Position numbers and translations under genes: made by a program
Shown: one piece after another, positions 8,701 through 17,419 of the stretch
How positions within the stretch are numbered: position 1 is the first letter of the stretch
Layout of the letters: each line of letters opens with the position of its first letter
The notes under the pieces: generated by a model
The model's input: the letters and a program-made list of their open reading frames with translations, nothing else
The model's database searches: none
What the model was told of the DNA's origin: nothing
Assembly (NCBI RefSeq): GCF_000737315.1
Contig: NZ_JMCB01000019.1
Coordinates: 1-64,000 of the forward strand
Reading direction: 5' to 3'
From: Hyalangium minutum
Lineage (GTDB): Bacteria; Myxococcota; Myxococcia; Myxococcales; Myxococcaceae
Length of the DNA: 64,000 nt

Positions 8701-9879
8701 TCAGGCGCTCCGGCCTGGCCTCACCAGCGTTCCGCCCACCGCCACGATGCCCAGAAACACCACCAGCAGGCCCAGCGCCAACGGCAGCCCGAGCTGATCC
8801 GCCAGGAAGCCCACCACCGGCGGACCCACGAGGAAACCGCAATACCCGGCCGTGGATACTGAAGCGATGGAGACACCGGGCGAGCTGCCCGGGGTACGGC
8901 TCGCGGCACTGAACAGCACGGGGATGAGGTTGGACAGGCCCAGCCCCACACAGGTGAAGCCCACCAGCGCCGCCACCGGGTGGTGCAGCAACAAAGCGCC
9001 CCCAAGCCCAGCCGCCGCCAACACTCCTCCCACGCGCACCAGCCGCTCTGGCCCCACCACCGCCACGAGCCGATCCCCCGTCAGCCGCCCCAGGGACATG
9101 GCCAGCGAGAACACGGCATAGCCCGCCCCGGCGATGCCCGCCTCGGCCTTCAGCGACTGGCGAAGGTACACCGCGCTCCAGTCCGCCATGGCGCCCTCGA
9201 CGACGAGCACGAAGAAAGCGAGACCGCCCAACAGCAGCAACGGTCCCTTCGGCAGGGCAAAGGTCTGTGCAGCCCCTCCCACGTCCGCAGAGCCCGGCAG
9301 CAGCGAACGAGAGACGACGACTACGGTGATCAACCCCAGTCCCCCCGCGAGCACCATGTGCTGCGAGGGCGTCAGCCCGTAGGACAGCGCGAGGATGGAG
9401 CCGCCCGAGCCCACCAACCCGCCCAGGCTGAACAAGCCATGGAACGAGGACATGACGGAGCGGCGCATTCGCCGCTCGACCGCCACGGCGTGGGCATTCA
9501 TCGCCACGCCCATGGCCCCAGTGGTCGCGCCGAACGCCACCAGCATGGCCGCGAACCACGGCAGGCTGGGCGCGTGTACGGGCAGCACCACGATTGGACA
9601 GAGCAGCAGCGAAGTCACGAGCGTCACGGCCCGGCTCCCCCACCGCGCCACCTGCGCCCCGGCGATGGGCATGGAGACCAGCGAGCCCGCGGCCACCCCG
9701 AGCAGCGCCAGACCGAGCTGGCCCGCGCTCAGGCCCAGCCGGGCTTGAACGGTGGGGATGTGCGGCACCCAGCTCGCGAACGAGAAACCGTTGACGAAGA
9801 ACACGGCGGAGACCGCGACGCGCGCGGCCGTGGCGGAAGGCTCGGCGCCGCCCTCCCAGGTCAGGCTCGAGGAGCTCAT
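8701..9879 (-). CDS. MFS transporter (YbjJ-like)
   Basis: About 12 hydrophobic helices, GRLTGDRL loop motif. ATGA overlap with the DeoR gene. Confidence 0.9.
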   Translation of the reverse strand: MSSSSLTWEGGAEPSATAARVAVSAVFFVNGFSFASWVPHIPTVQARLGLSAGQLGLALLGVAAGSLVSMPIAGAQVARWGSRAVTLVTSLLLCPIVVLPVHAPSLPWFAAMLVAFGATTGAMGVAMNAHAVAVERRMRRSVMSSFHGLFSLGGLVGSGGSILALSYGLTPSQHMVLAGGLGLITVVVVSRSLLPGSADVGGAAQTFALPKGPLLLLGGLAFFVLVVEGAMADWSAVYLRQSLKAEAGIAGAGYAVFSLAMSLGRLTGDRLVAVVGPERLVRVGGVLAAAGLGGALLLHHPVAALVGFTCVGLGLSNLIPVLFSAASRTPGSSPGVSIASVSTAGYCGFLVGPPVVGFLADQLGLPLALGLLVVFLGIVAVGGTLVRPGRSA

Positions 9880-10667
9880 GCGGTAAGGATCCGGAGGTTG
9901 AGTTTGCGGAAGGGGCTCAGCGTGGCCTCGGGAGCGCTGGCCTCGGTGACGAGCGTGGCCAGCCGATTGGCCGGAGCCACGGCGAAGGGCGACAGCGTGT
10001 CGAGCTTGTCGGCGGTGAGCACGGCCACGGTCTCGGCCGCCTGGTGGACCATGACCCGCTTGGTGGCGGCCTCCTCGGCGAGCGTGGCGGTGACGCCTCC
10101 CTCGATGTGCAGGCTGCAGATGCCCAGCAGGCACAGATCCGCGTGAATCTGCCGCAGGGCTTCCACCGTCTCGGCGCCCACGACCGTCAGCGCTTCCGGG
10201 TGTAGGCGGCCACCCACGAGCCGGACCTCGATCCCTGGATGCTCGGCCAAGGCGAGCGCCACGGGAGGACTCACGGTGATGACCGTGGCGCGCAGGTCCT
10301 TGGGCAGGCTGCGAGCGACCTCCAGCGTGGTGGTGCCACCATCGATGAAGATCACCTGCCCTGACTGGACCAGCCCCGCGGCCACGTGGGCCAAAGCCTG
10401 CTTGGCCGGCTGCTGAAGCTCCGCTCGGGCCTGATGGCTGAGCTGCACGTGGGTACGCGGCAGCGCACCCCCGTGAACCCGTCGGAGCAGCCCTGCTTCA
10501 TCCAATTCCCGCAGATCCCGGCGGACCGTGTCCTCCGAAACCCGCAACAACCGGCACAGGTCGGAGGCATACACGCGCCCCTCGGTGGAGAGGTGCTCCA
10601 GAATGGCCTTCCGCCGCTCCTCGGGGAGCAGGGGGTCGAGAGCGGTATTGGGAGGTTGCATGGCCAT
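9876..10667 (-). CDS. DeoR/GlpR-family transcriptional regulator
   Basis: ERRKAILEHL...VSEDTVRRDLRELD HTH and IFIDGGTT sensor domain. Confidence 0.93.
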   Translation of the reverse strand: MAMQPPNTALDPLLPEERRKAILEHLSTEGRVYASDLCRLLRVSEDTVRRDLRELDEAGLLRRVHGGALPRTHVQLSHQARAELQQPAKQALAHVAAGLVQSGQVIFIDGGTTTLEVARSLPKDLRATVITVSPPVALALAEHPGIEVRLVGGRLHPEALTVVGAETVEALRQIHADLCLLGICSLHIEGGVTATLAEEAATKRVMVHQAAETVAVLTADKLDTLSPFAVAPANRLATLVTEASAPEATLSPFRKLNLRILTA

Positions 10668-10684
10668 GCAGGTCCTTGCTGTTT

Positions 10685-10710
10685 CCAGCAATATCCCGCA
10701 CAAACCCGCA
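10685..10710 (-). promoter_or_regulatory. Three direct repeats with 10-bp period (TGCGGG, TGCGGG, TGCTGG) upstream of deoR; candidate auto-operator
   Basis: Plus-strand CCAGCA 10685, CCCGCA 10695, CCCGCA 10705. Confidence 0.5.
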
Positions 10711-10739
10711 ACATTCAAGAGGGGCCCTGCACCCGCGCC

Positions 10740-11492
10740 CTATCCGTCCCCCGGGCCCAGGGTCAGCAACCGCTCGGCCTGCTCGCGCAGGGACGGGTGC
10801 ACGGAGGAGTCCGCAGCCAGCTCGGCCAGGTCCGTGCTGTTGAGCAACGGGACGATCTTCGCCCCCACCTCGGGTGGCAGGTACGGGTTGAAGGCGAGCG
10901 CTCGGCGCACCGCGTGCCGGGCCGCCCAGCGCGGAGACTTCCAGATCTCCACCAGGGGCTCGGGCCGGGCCGGGCGGCGCGCGGCCATTCGCACCACCAG
11001 CGCCTCCGTGAGCCGGGGGTTGATGAGCGCGTTGCGCACCACGGCCGGGTTGCTCACCGTGGCCAGCCGCGAGAGCACATCCGGATCGCGCGTGAGGCGC
11101 GCCTGCTGCTTCAGGTGCCCGAGCGACTGCGTGAAGGCCTTCGCGTCCGCCTTGGCCGCCGCGCCCGCATTCAGCTCCCGGCGAGCGGGGCCGTCCGCGA
11201 ACAGGTCCGCCACCGCAGGCAGCGACTGCACCTGCGCCAGCCGCCGCAGTTCCTCCGCATAGGGAATCTGCGAGGCCTCCATCCCCAGCGCGGCCACGAA
11301 GGCGGAGAGCACGTGGGTGGCGGGCTCCCAGCCCGAGCGCGCCAGGGAGATCAGGTGATCGACCAGCTCGGTGGCGTCGAGCGGATCATACCGGGCCAGC
11401 TCGCGTGCAGCGGCCTTGCGGAGGATCGCCGTGTCTCCGCTCAGTCCGTGCAGCCGGAGCGCGAGGTTCCGGGCTTGCTCCTGGGTGGGCAT
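10740..11492 (-). CDS. Conserved hypothetical helical-repeat (HEAT/LRV-like) protein
   Basis: DPDVLSRLA..NPAVVRNALINP, VRRALAFNP repeats. 14 nt downstream of the zinc-ribbon gene. Confidence 0.7.
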   Translation of the reverse strand: MPTQEQARNLALRLHGLSGDTAILRKAAARELARYDPLDATELVDHLISLARSGWEPATHVLSAFVAALGMEASQIPYAEELRRLAQVQSLPAVADLFADGPARRELNAGAAAKADAKAFTQSLGHLKQQARLTRDPDVLSRLATVSNPAVVRNALINPRLTEALVVRMAARRPARPEPLVEIWKSPRWAARHAVRRALAFNPYLPPEVGAKIVPLLNSTDLAELAADSSVHPSLREQAERLLTLGPGDG

Positions 11493-11506
11493 GGCTCATC
11501 CCTCCC

Positions 11507-14407
11507 TTACGGTTTGGGCGCCTCCTCGGCCACGGGCTCCATCGTCACCCGGAGCCGCAGAGCGCTGAGATCCTTGGGGTACTCCTGGAGCACCAGCGTG
11601 AAGGGCGCCCGCTTCCCAGGAGCCACCACCGTCGCACTCGCATCCAGCTTGGTGCGCAGCTCCGTGAGGGCCTCGGCCGTGTTGACGGCGTGGAGCTCCT
11701 CGGGAGAGGGCGACACTCCCGCCAACCCCTCGGCGGACTTCACCCGCTGGTCGCCGTCGTACAGCGCGGCGGTGACCTTCACCTTCGCCGGCTGCGAGGA
11801 GCGGTTCTCCACCTCGCCGCGGACGTAGAAGATCGGCGTGGTGCCCTTGGTGTCATAGAGGCCGTTGGTGACGTCCCGCATGACGAACTGGCTGGGCGCC
11901 AGCAGCTTGATGATGTGGCTGGGCGAGAGCGCGGCCGGATCCACCCGCCCCTCCTTCATATACACACCGCCCACCGCAGTGAGCGCCAGCAGCAGGCCCG
12001 CGGCGATGGTGAGGTAGGCCACCTGCCCTGTCACGGCCTGGGCCGCCGAGACCTTGCGCCGCTCGGGGATGCCCATGTCCGCGGGCCGGCCCGCAGGGCG
12101 CGCGATGTTCGGAGAGGCCAGGGTCGGCACGGGCCTCGGCGGAGACGCGGGCTCGGCAGCCTGCGATGGCAGATTGATGAGTTCGTGCGAGCCGGCCGAG
12201 TTGCCCTCGATGGGAATCGACTCTGCCCCCATCTCCGCCCCCGCCCCCTCGTGGGCAGGGATGTCGAGCATCTGCCGCCCCGTGTCCGTGGGGCTGAGGG
12301 TCTGATGGCTCGTATCGGTCTGGGTGAGGAAGCCCTCGGAGGGACCGATACGCTGGCGCCCTGTCATCGTGGGCGAGAAGGCAGGCTCCGCTGAGGCGAA
12401 CGGATCGGCCATGCCCCCACCCGGACCAGGGCCCGCGGCGGCGGCAAACGGATCGGCCATGCCTCCACCCGGGCCAGGACCCGCGGCGGCAGCAAACGGA
12501 TCGTCCATCCCGCCTGGAGCCGGCGCCTGAGGAGCAGCGAATGGATCCTCCATGCTCGCGGGCTGAGCCGGAGCAGCGAACGGATCGTCCATTCCGCCCC
12601 CCGGGGGTCCGAACGGATCCGCCATGCCTGCCGCAGGTGCGGGCGAGGACGCGGGCGAATCGAACGGATGATCCATGCCGCCCGGGGGCCCGAACGGATC
12701 CGCCATGCCGCCAGGAGCAGCCGTAGGGCTCTCGGGCGAAGCGAACCCATCGTCCATCATCCCGAAGTCCATGGGCCCCGGAGGCGCGAAGCTCGCGCTC
12801 ATTGGCGCAGGCGCAGGCGCAGCGGGGGCATGGGGCACGGCACCGCCGAAGGACGGACCAAACTCGTCGCCTCCGGGAGGAGCGAAGGGATCGGACGGAG
12901 GCGGGGCGAAGGGATCCGCAGCAGGAGCCGCGGGCGCAACGGGCGCCCCACCCAGCTCCATGCCTTGAGGGCCGAATGGATCTTCGTCCGAGAACGACAG
13001 GGGCGCGGCCTGCGGCGCAGGCACGGGCACGGGAGCAGGCGTGAACGACGGCGCAGGCGCAGGCGCGGCCGCGACCCCGAAGCCGAACTCGTCCGAGGGA
13101 GGCTCGCCCAGTTCGAAGTTCGAGGGACCAAACGGATCGCTCGCCATGGCCGCCGGTGCAGCGGGCGCGGGCGCAAGCGCGGGCGGCGGAGCCATCGCCG
13201 GAGGCGCCATCCGAGACACGGGCGCAGGCGTCGAGACGCTGGCAAGTGCCGGAGATGGAGGCAGCCGATTGGCCCCAGCAGCAGGCCCCGAGGGTGGCCG
13301 GCCCAGGCCTGCGGGCGGAGCCCCCGACACGGGCAGAGGCGTCGGACGGCCCATCGCGACGGGAGGCTTCGGCTGCGCGACGGGCGCGGGAGGCGGCGCC
13401 GGGTCGTCGAACATCGCCATCGGGTCGAACGCGGGCGCGGCGGCGGGCTCCGGCGCCGCACCGCCCAGGTCATCGCCCGACGAGCCGAACGGATCGCCAT
13501 CCGGGGGTCCGAACGGGCTGGCGGGAGCAGGCCTGGCCTGCGCAGGAGGCGGAGCCGACGGCAGCGGCACTGGCGCACTGGGCACGGGGGCCGCCGGAGC
13601 CGGACCACCGGCCGGGCCGGCGAAGAACTCCGAGAACAGGTCGTCCGACGGCGCGGGGGCCGGCGCCGCAGCCGGAGGCAGAGGCTCCAGGGCCTTCACC
13701 CCCGGGCGCGCACTGCTGGCAGGCGCCGAGGCGCCAGGAATCGACATGGCCGGAGGCGCCAATGTCCTGGGCGCGGTCGGCGAGGCCCCACCCAGAGGCC
13801 GGGCTCCGGCCACCCCAGGCTTGACTGGAGCGGGCGTGGGCAGGCCGCGGGCTCCGGCGGGCGGTGCCACACTCGGAATCCCGGGCAGACCTCCACCCGG
13901 CCCCGAGGGCTTGAACGGAACCGCACCGGGTCCCGGAAGACCCTGGACGGGCGGCGGGGAGAACGCCACGGGCGGCAGGGACGGTACCGGAGGCCGCGCC
14001 TCGGGCGGAATGTTGAGCGGGATGGCCCGGGTCGTCTCCTGGAAGAAATCTTCGCCCATGCCCGAATCCGGCGCGTTCCAGGGCGCGGAGGGCTGGGGCA
14101 CGGGAGGCGATGGGGCCTTGGTGGCCGCAATGCCCTCGGCGTACACGCCCGGCTTGGTGGATTGCCCCTTGGGTGGCTCGGGCGCAGTGCCGAACTTCTC
14201 AAAGGGATCGAACCCGCCTTCCGAGGGGGCCGGGCCAGGCGATGGAGACACCGCTGGCAGAGACGTCACCGAGGGGGACGCCGCCGACTCCCGCGTCACG
14301 CGGAAGGTATGGCTACACTTGGTGCAGCGGACCTTGACCCCCTTGTCCGTCACCTTCTCGTCGGGGATCTTGAATCGCGTCTGGCACTGCTCGCACTTGA
14401 CGATCAT
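11507..14407 (-). CDS. Zinc-ribbon (MJ0042-type) protein with long Pro-rich linker, one TM helix and a DUF3426-like C-terminal domain
   Basis: MIVKCEQC..F.IPDEKV..KGVKVRCTKC. About 750-aa disordered linker, TM YLTIAAGLLLALTAVGGVY, C-terminal YVRGEVEN domain. Confidence 0.85.
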   Translation of the reverse strand: MIVKCEQCQTRFKIPDEKVTDKGVKVRCTKCSHTFRVTRESAASPSVTSLPAVSPSPGPAPSEGGFDPFEKFGTAPEPPKGQSTKPGVYAEGIAATKAPSPPVPQPSAPWNAPDSGMGEDFFQETTRAIPLNIPPEARPPVPSLPPVAFSPPPVQGLPGPGAVPFKPSGPGGGLPGIPSVAPPAGARGLPTPAPVKPGVAGARPLGGASPTAPRTLAPPAMSIPGASAPASSARPGVKALEPLPPAAAPAPAPSDDLFSEFFAGPAGGPAPAAPVPSAPVPLPSAPPPAQARPAPASPFGPPDGDPFGSSGDDLGGAAPEPAAAPAFDPMAMFDDPAPPPAPVAQPKPPVAMGRPTPLPVSGAPPAGLGRPPSGPAAGANRLPPSPALASVSTPAPVSRMAPPAMAPPPALAPAPAAPAAMASDPFGPSNFELGEPPSDEFGFGVAAAPAPAPSFTPAPVPVPAPQAAPLSFSDEDPFGPQGMELGGAPVAPAAPAADPFAPPPSDPFAPPGGDEFGPSFGGAVPHAPAAPAPAPMSASFAPPGPMDFGMMDDGFASPESPTAAPGGMADPFGPPGGMDHPFDSPASSPAPAAGMADPFGPPGGGMDDPFAAPAQPASMEDPFAAPQAPAPGGMDDPFAAAAGPGPGGGMADPFAAAAGPGPGGGMADPFASAEPAFSPTMTGRQRIGPSEGFLTQTDTSHQTLSPTDTGRQMLDIPAHEGAGAEMGAESIPIEGNSAGSHELINLPSQAAEPASPPRPVPTLASPNIARPAGRPADMGIPERRKVSAAQAVTGQVAYLTIAAGLLLALTAVGGVYMKEGRVDPAALSPSHIIKLLAPSQFVMRDVTNGLYDTKGTTPIFYVRGEVENRSSQPAKVKVTAALYDGDQRVKSAEGLAGVSPSPEELHAVNTAEALTELRTKLDASATVVAPGKRAPFTLVLQEYPKDLSALRLRVTMEPVAEEAPKP
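12398..12510. repeat. 48-bp in-frame tandem repeat (GPGPGGGMADPFAAAA), about 2.3 copies
   Basis: CGGATCG at 12401, 12449 and 12497. Confidence 0.85.
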
Positions 14408-14448
14408 TCGCTCGGCTCGGGAGTATAGGCCCCAAGCCCGTCCGCCGC

Positions 14449-14474
14449 GAGCAAGCAACCAAGCCAGCTTGCTC
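14449..14474. promoter_or_regulatory. Inverted repeat GAGCAAGC-N10-GCTTGCTC in the divergent promoter region
   Basis: Perfect 8-bp arms at 14449-14456 and 14467-14474. Confidence 0.55.
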
Positions 14475-14557
14475 CCCGATCACCCCTTTGCTACAGGGTT
14501 TCCGCGTTTCCGTGCTTCACGCGCAAGGCTTCCGGACGTGGGCGGAGAGAACCGAAC

Positions 14558-15235
14558 ATGAGCGAAGCAGAGCAGGCAAGCGCTCCAGGTGGCAAGGAGC
14601 CCAAGGTCATCAAGCGGTACACCAACCGGAAGCTCTACGACACCGTGGAGAGCCGGTACGTCACGCTCGATGAGATCGCGGCGATGATCAAGGAGGGCGT
14701 CGAGGTACGGATTGTCGATAACCGTACCAAGGAGGATCTGACCTCCGTCACGCTCGCCCAGATCATCTTCGAGGAGGAGAAGAAGAAGAACCAGATGCCG
14801 CTGGCGGTGCTGCGGGAGATCATCCGCCACCCGGGCGAGTCCATCTCGGGCTTCATCCAGAAGGAAGTCACGCCGCGCGTGGCCTCCATCCGCGAGGAGG
14901 CCGAGCAGCGGCTGGACAAGCTGCTGCGCCGGGATGAGAAGAAGGACGGCGAGCCCACGGCCGAGGGCCACCAGGAGACGGAGCCGCCTGCGGAGCCCAA
15001 GGCCGCCGAGCCCAAGCCCGAGGCCAAGCCAAGCATCAGCCCCTCCGAGCTGCTCAAGGCCAGCCAGCGCGCCTTCGAGGAGTGGCAGCAGAAGATCGAC
15101 GAGCGCGTCAAGCACGCCGTCGACGGCCTCACCGGCAACCTGCCGGCGCTGGGCCGGGACATGCAGTCGCTGACGCAGCGGCTCGAGGAGCTGGAGAAGA
15201 AGCTCGCCGAGCTGGAGCAGCAGAAGAAGTCCTGA
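14558..15235 (+). CDS. PHA synthesis regulator (PhaR-type) DNA-binding domain protein with phasin-like C-terminal coiled coil
   Basis: IKRYTNRKLYDT..SRYVTLDEI..MIKEG..V.IVDN.T.EDLT..TL.QII motif. Confidence 0.85.
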   Translation: MSEAEQASAPGGKEPKVIKRYTNRKLYDTVESRYVTLDEIAAMIKEGVEVRIVDNRTKEDLTSVTLAQIIFEEEKKKNQMPLAVLREIIRHPGESISGFIQKEVTPRVASIREEAEQRLDKLLRRDEKKDGEPTAEGHQETEPPAEPKAAEPKPEAKPSISPSELLKASQRAFEEWQQKIDERVKHAVDGLTGNLPALGRDMQSLTQRLEELEKKLAELEQQKKS

Positions 15236-15241
15236 GCGGCG

Positions 15242-15262
15242 CTCCGGAGCCAGGCTCTGGAG
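15242..15262. terminator. Hairpin between convergent phaR-like and parA genes
   Basis: CTCCGGAG-N5-CTCTGGAG stem with one G-U pair. Confidence 0.45.
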
Positions 15263-15267
15263 TCAGC

Positions 15268-16068
15268 TCACGTCACCCGAGGCGCCCTCCTCTTCTTGGC
15301 GGAGGGCGCGTCGTGGATTTCCTTGGCAATGGCCGCGAGCAGCTCCGCGCCGCGGCTGCTGGGGGCGTACTCCCAGATTGTTTTTCCGTGGCTCTGGGCC
15401 TCGTCGATCTTGACGTTGAAGCCCAGGGGCGTGGAGGCCAGCGCGTCGGGGAAGTAGGCCTTGAGCCGCTCGAGGATGGCGTCGGCCAGGGCCGTCTTGC
15501 GGTAGAGCATGGGCACCACCTTGGTGACGCGCAAATCCGCGCGGCCCTCGGCGTCGCCGACCTTGCGCACCGTCTCCACCATCTCCGCGCAGCCATCCAG
15601 CGCCAGGTACGTGAGCGCCACAGGCACCACCACCTCGGTGGCGGCCACGAGGATGTTGCGCGTGGTGAGCCCCATGGAGGGCGGCGCATCGAAGACGATG
15701 GCTTGGTAGCCGGCGGCCTCGGCCGGGGCGAGCCGGTCGGCCAGCCGCCATGAGCGGCGCTCGTCCTGGGCCACCACCACGGGGAAGTCGCTCATCTCCT
15801 TATAGGAGGGCAGCACGCTCAGGTTGGGGATGGCGCAGGGCTGCACCACGTCCGTCAACTGCACGTTCTCCTCGGTGAGCAGATGGAAGACGTTGCGCGG
15901 CAGGGTGCGCACGTCCACCCCGAGCGACTTGCCCGCATGGCCCTGGGTGTCCAGGTCCACCAGGAGCACCTTGAGCTTGCGCTCCTGGGCGAGCCACGCG
16001 GCGGTGTTCACCGCGAGCGTCGTCTTGCCGGTGCCACCCTTCTCGTTGATGAACGCGATGCGCCGCAT
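15268..16068 (-). CDS. Orphan ParA/Soj-family ATPase
   Basis: NEKGGTGKTT deviant Walker A, LVDLDTQG, FDAPPS, IDEAQSHGKTI. No parB in the window. Confidence 0.92.
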   Translation of the reverse strand: MRRIAFINEKGGTGKTTLAVNTAAWLAQERKLKVLLVDLDTQGHAGKSLGVDVRTLPRNVFHLLTEENVQLTDVVQPCAIPNLSVLPSYKEMSDFPVVVAQDERRSWRLADRLAPAEAAGYQAIVFDAPPSMGLTTRNILVAATEVVVPVALTYLALDGCAEMVETVRKVGDAEGRADLRVTKVVPMLYRKTALADAILERLKAYFPDALASTPLGFNVKIDEAQSHGKTIWEYAPSSRGAELLAAIAKEIHDAPSAKKRRAPRVT

Positions 16069-16368
16069 CTACTTCTTCTTCTCATCCACCAGAGTGTCGA
16101 TCTTGCCCTCAACGGAGGCGAGCAGCTTCTCCAGGTCATCCACCTTGGAGCGCAGCAGCTCCAGGTCAGCCGTGGACGGCAGGTTCATGGCGGACAGGGC
16201 GGTGCGCAGCGCGGAGTCCAGGGTGCCCTTGGCCGCCAGCGAGCGGGACACGAGGCCCTGCACCATCGAGACGAACTTCTCATTGGAGAGCAGCTGCTGG
16301 GCGATCTTGCCGATGCGCTCCTCGCCGGTCTCCACCAGCTTCTTCATCACGGGATTGTCTTTGAGCAT
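16069..16368 (-). CDS. Small coiled-coil protein, PhaE/phasin-like
   Basis: 99 aa. MNLPSTADLELLRSKVDDLE resembles the LNLPTxxD tail of granule-associated proteins. Its stop abuts the parA ATG with no gap. Confidence 0.7.
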   Translation of the reverse strand: MLKDNPVMKKLVETGEERIGKIAQQLLSNEKFVSMVQGLVSRSLAAKGTLDSALRTALSAMNLPSTADLELLRSKVDDLEKLLASVEGKIDTLVDEKKK

Positions 16369-16450
16369 GGTCGTGAGGTCCTCGTAAGGCACGCCGGGAC
16401 AGCGGCAAGTCGAGAAAACGACGCGCACTGTGGAAGGTGGCAACGCGACG

Positions 16451-16491
16451 TGTCAAGCGAGGTTGACAGGGAGCGGAGCCGTCCCTACGGT
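16451..16491 (+). promoter_or_regulatory. sigma70 promoter TTGACA-N17-TACGGT for the ArsA pair, back-to-back with a minus-strand TTGACA
   Basis: TTGACA 16463-16468, TACGGT 16486-16491. TGTCAA at 16451-16456 forms the palindrome TGTCAA-N6-TTGACA. Confidence 0.75.
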
Positions 16492-16504
16492 TCGCCGCTC
16501 CCTT

Positions 16505-17419
16505 ATGCCCGGCCTTCTCGACAAGCGCCTGTGGATCGTCTCCGGCAAGGGTGGCGTGGGCAAGAGCACCCTCTCCGCCGCGCTGGCCCTGCGCTCGGCC
16601 CGTGCTGGCCGGCGGACGCTGGTGTGCGAGGTAAACACCCAGGAGCGCATTACCCGCTTCCTGGAGCGCCCGGCCGCCGGCCCGAATATCACCCTCATCG
16701 AGGAGAACCTGTGGGCGGTGGATGTCCGGCCCCAGGAGGCCATGCGCGAGTACGCGCTCATGGTCCTGCGCTTCGAGACGCTCTACAAGACGGTCTTCGA
16801 GAACCGCCTGGTGCGTTACTTCCTGCGCTTCATCCCCTCGCTGCAGGAGCTGGTGATGCTGGGGAAGATCCTCTACCACCTGCAGGAGAAGCTGCCGGAT
16901 GGGAAGGACCGCTACGAGACGATCGTCCTGGACGCGCCCGCCACGGGGCACGCGATTACCTTCCTCAACGTGCCGCAGGTGCTGCTGCGCACGGTGCCGC
17001 CGGGCCCCCTGGCCCGCGACGCGCTGAAGATGAGGGACCTGCTGGTGGATCCCCAGGTGACGGCGGCCATCCTGGTGGCCCTGCCCGAGGAGCTGCCGGT
17101 GAATGAAGCGCTGGAGCTGCACGCGGCGCTGCGAGATTCGGTGAAGATCCGCACGCACGCGGCGGTGCTCAACAGCACCTTCCCCGAGCGCTTCACCCAG
17201 GCGGACCTGGAGGCGCTCGCGGATTCGCCGGAGCTGCAGCGGGTGGCCAGGTCGCACCACGACCGGGCGATGCTGGCGGAGTTGGCGGCGACGAAGCTGG
17301 AGCGCAACCTCCACGTGCCGGTGTACGAGGTGCCTCGGATCTTCACGTCCACCTTCGGGCGCGCGGCCATCGAGCAGGTAATGGGCCACCTCGAGCGCCT
17401 CGTGATGGGGGCCCCATGA
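16505..17419 (+). CDS. ArsA/Get3-family ATPase, subunit 1
   Basis: SGKGGVGKST, LDAPATGH. Switch I reads EVN instead of DPA. Confidence 0.88.
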   Translation: MPGLLDKRLWIVSGKGGVGKSTLSAALALRSARAGRRTLVCEVNTQERITRFLERPAAGPNITLIEENLWAVDVRPQEAMREYALMVLRFETLYKTVFENRLVRYFLRFIPSLQELVMLGKILYHLQEKLPDGKDRYETIVLDAPATGHAITFLNVPQVLLRTVPPGPLARDALKMRDLLVDPQVTAAILVALPEELPVNEALELHAALRDSVKIRTHAAVLNSTFPERFTQADLEALADSPELQRVARSHHDRAMLAELAATKLERNLHVPVYEVPRIFTSTFGRAAIEQVMGHLERLVMGAP

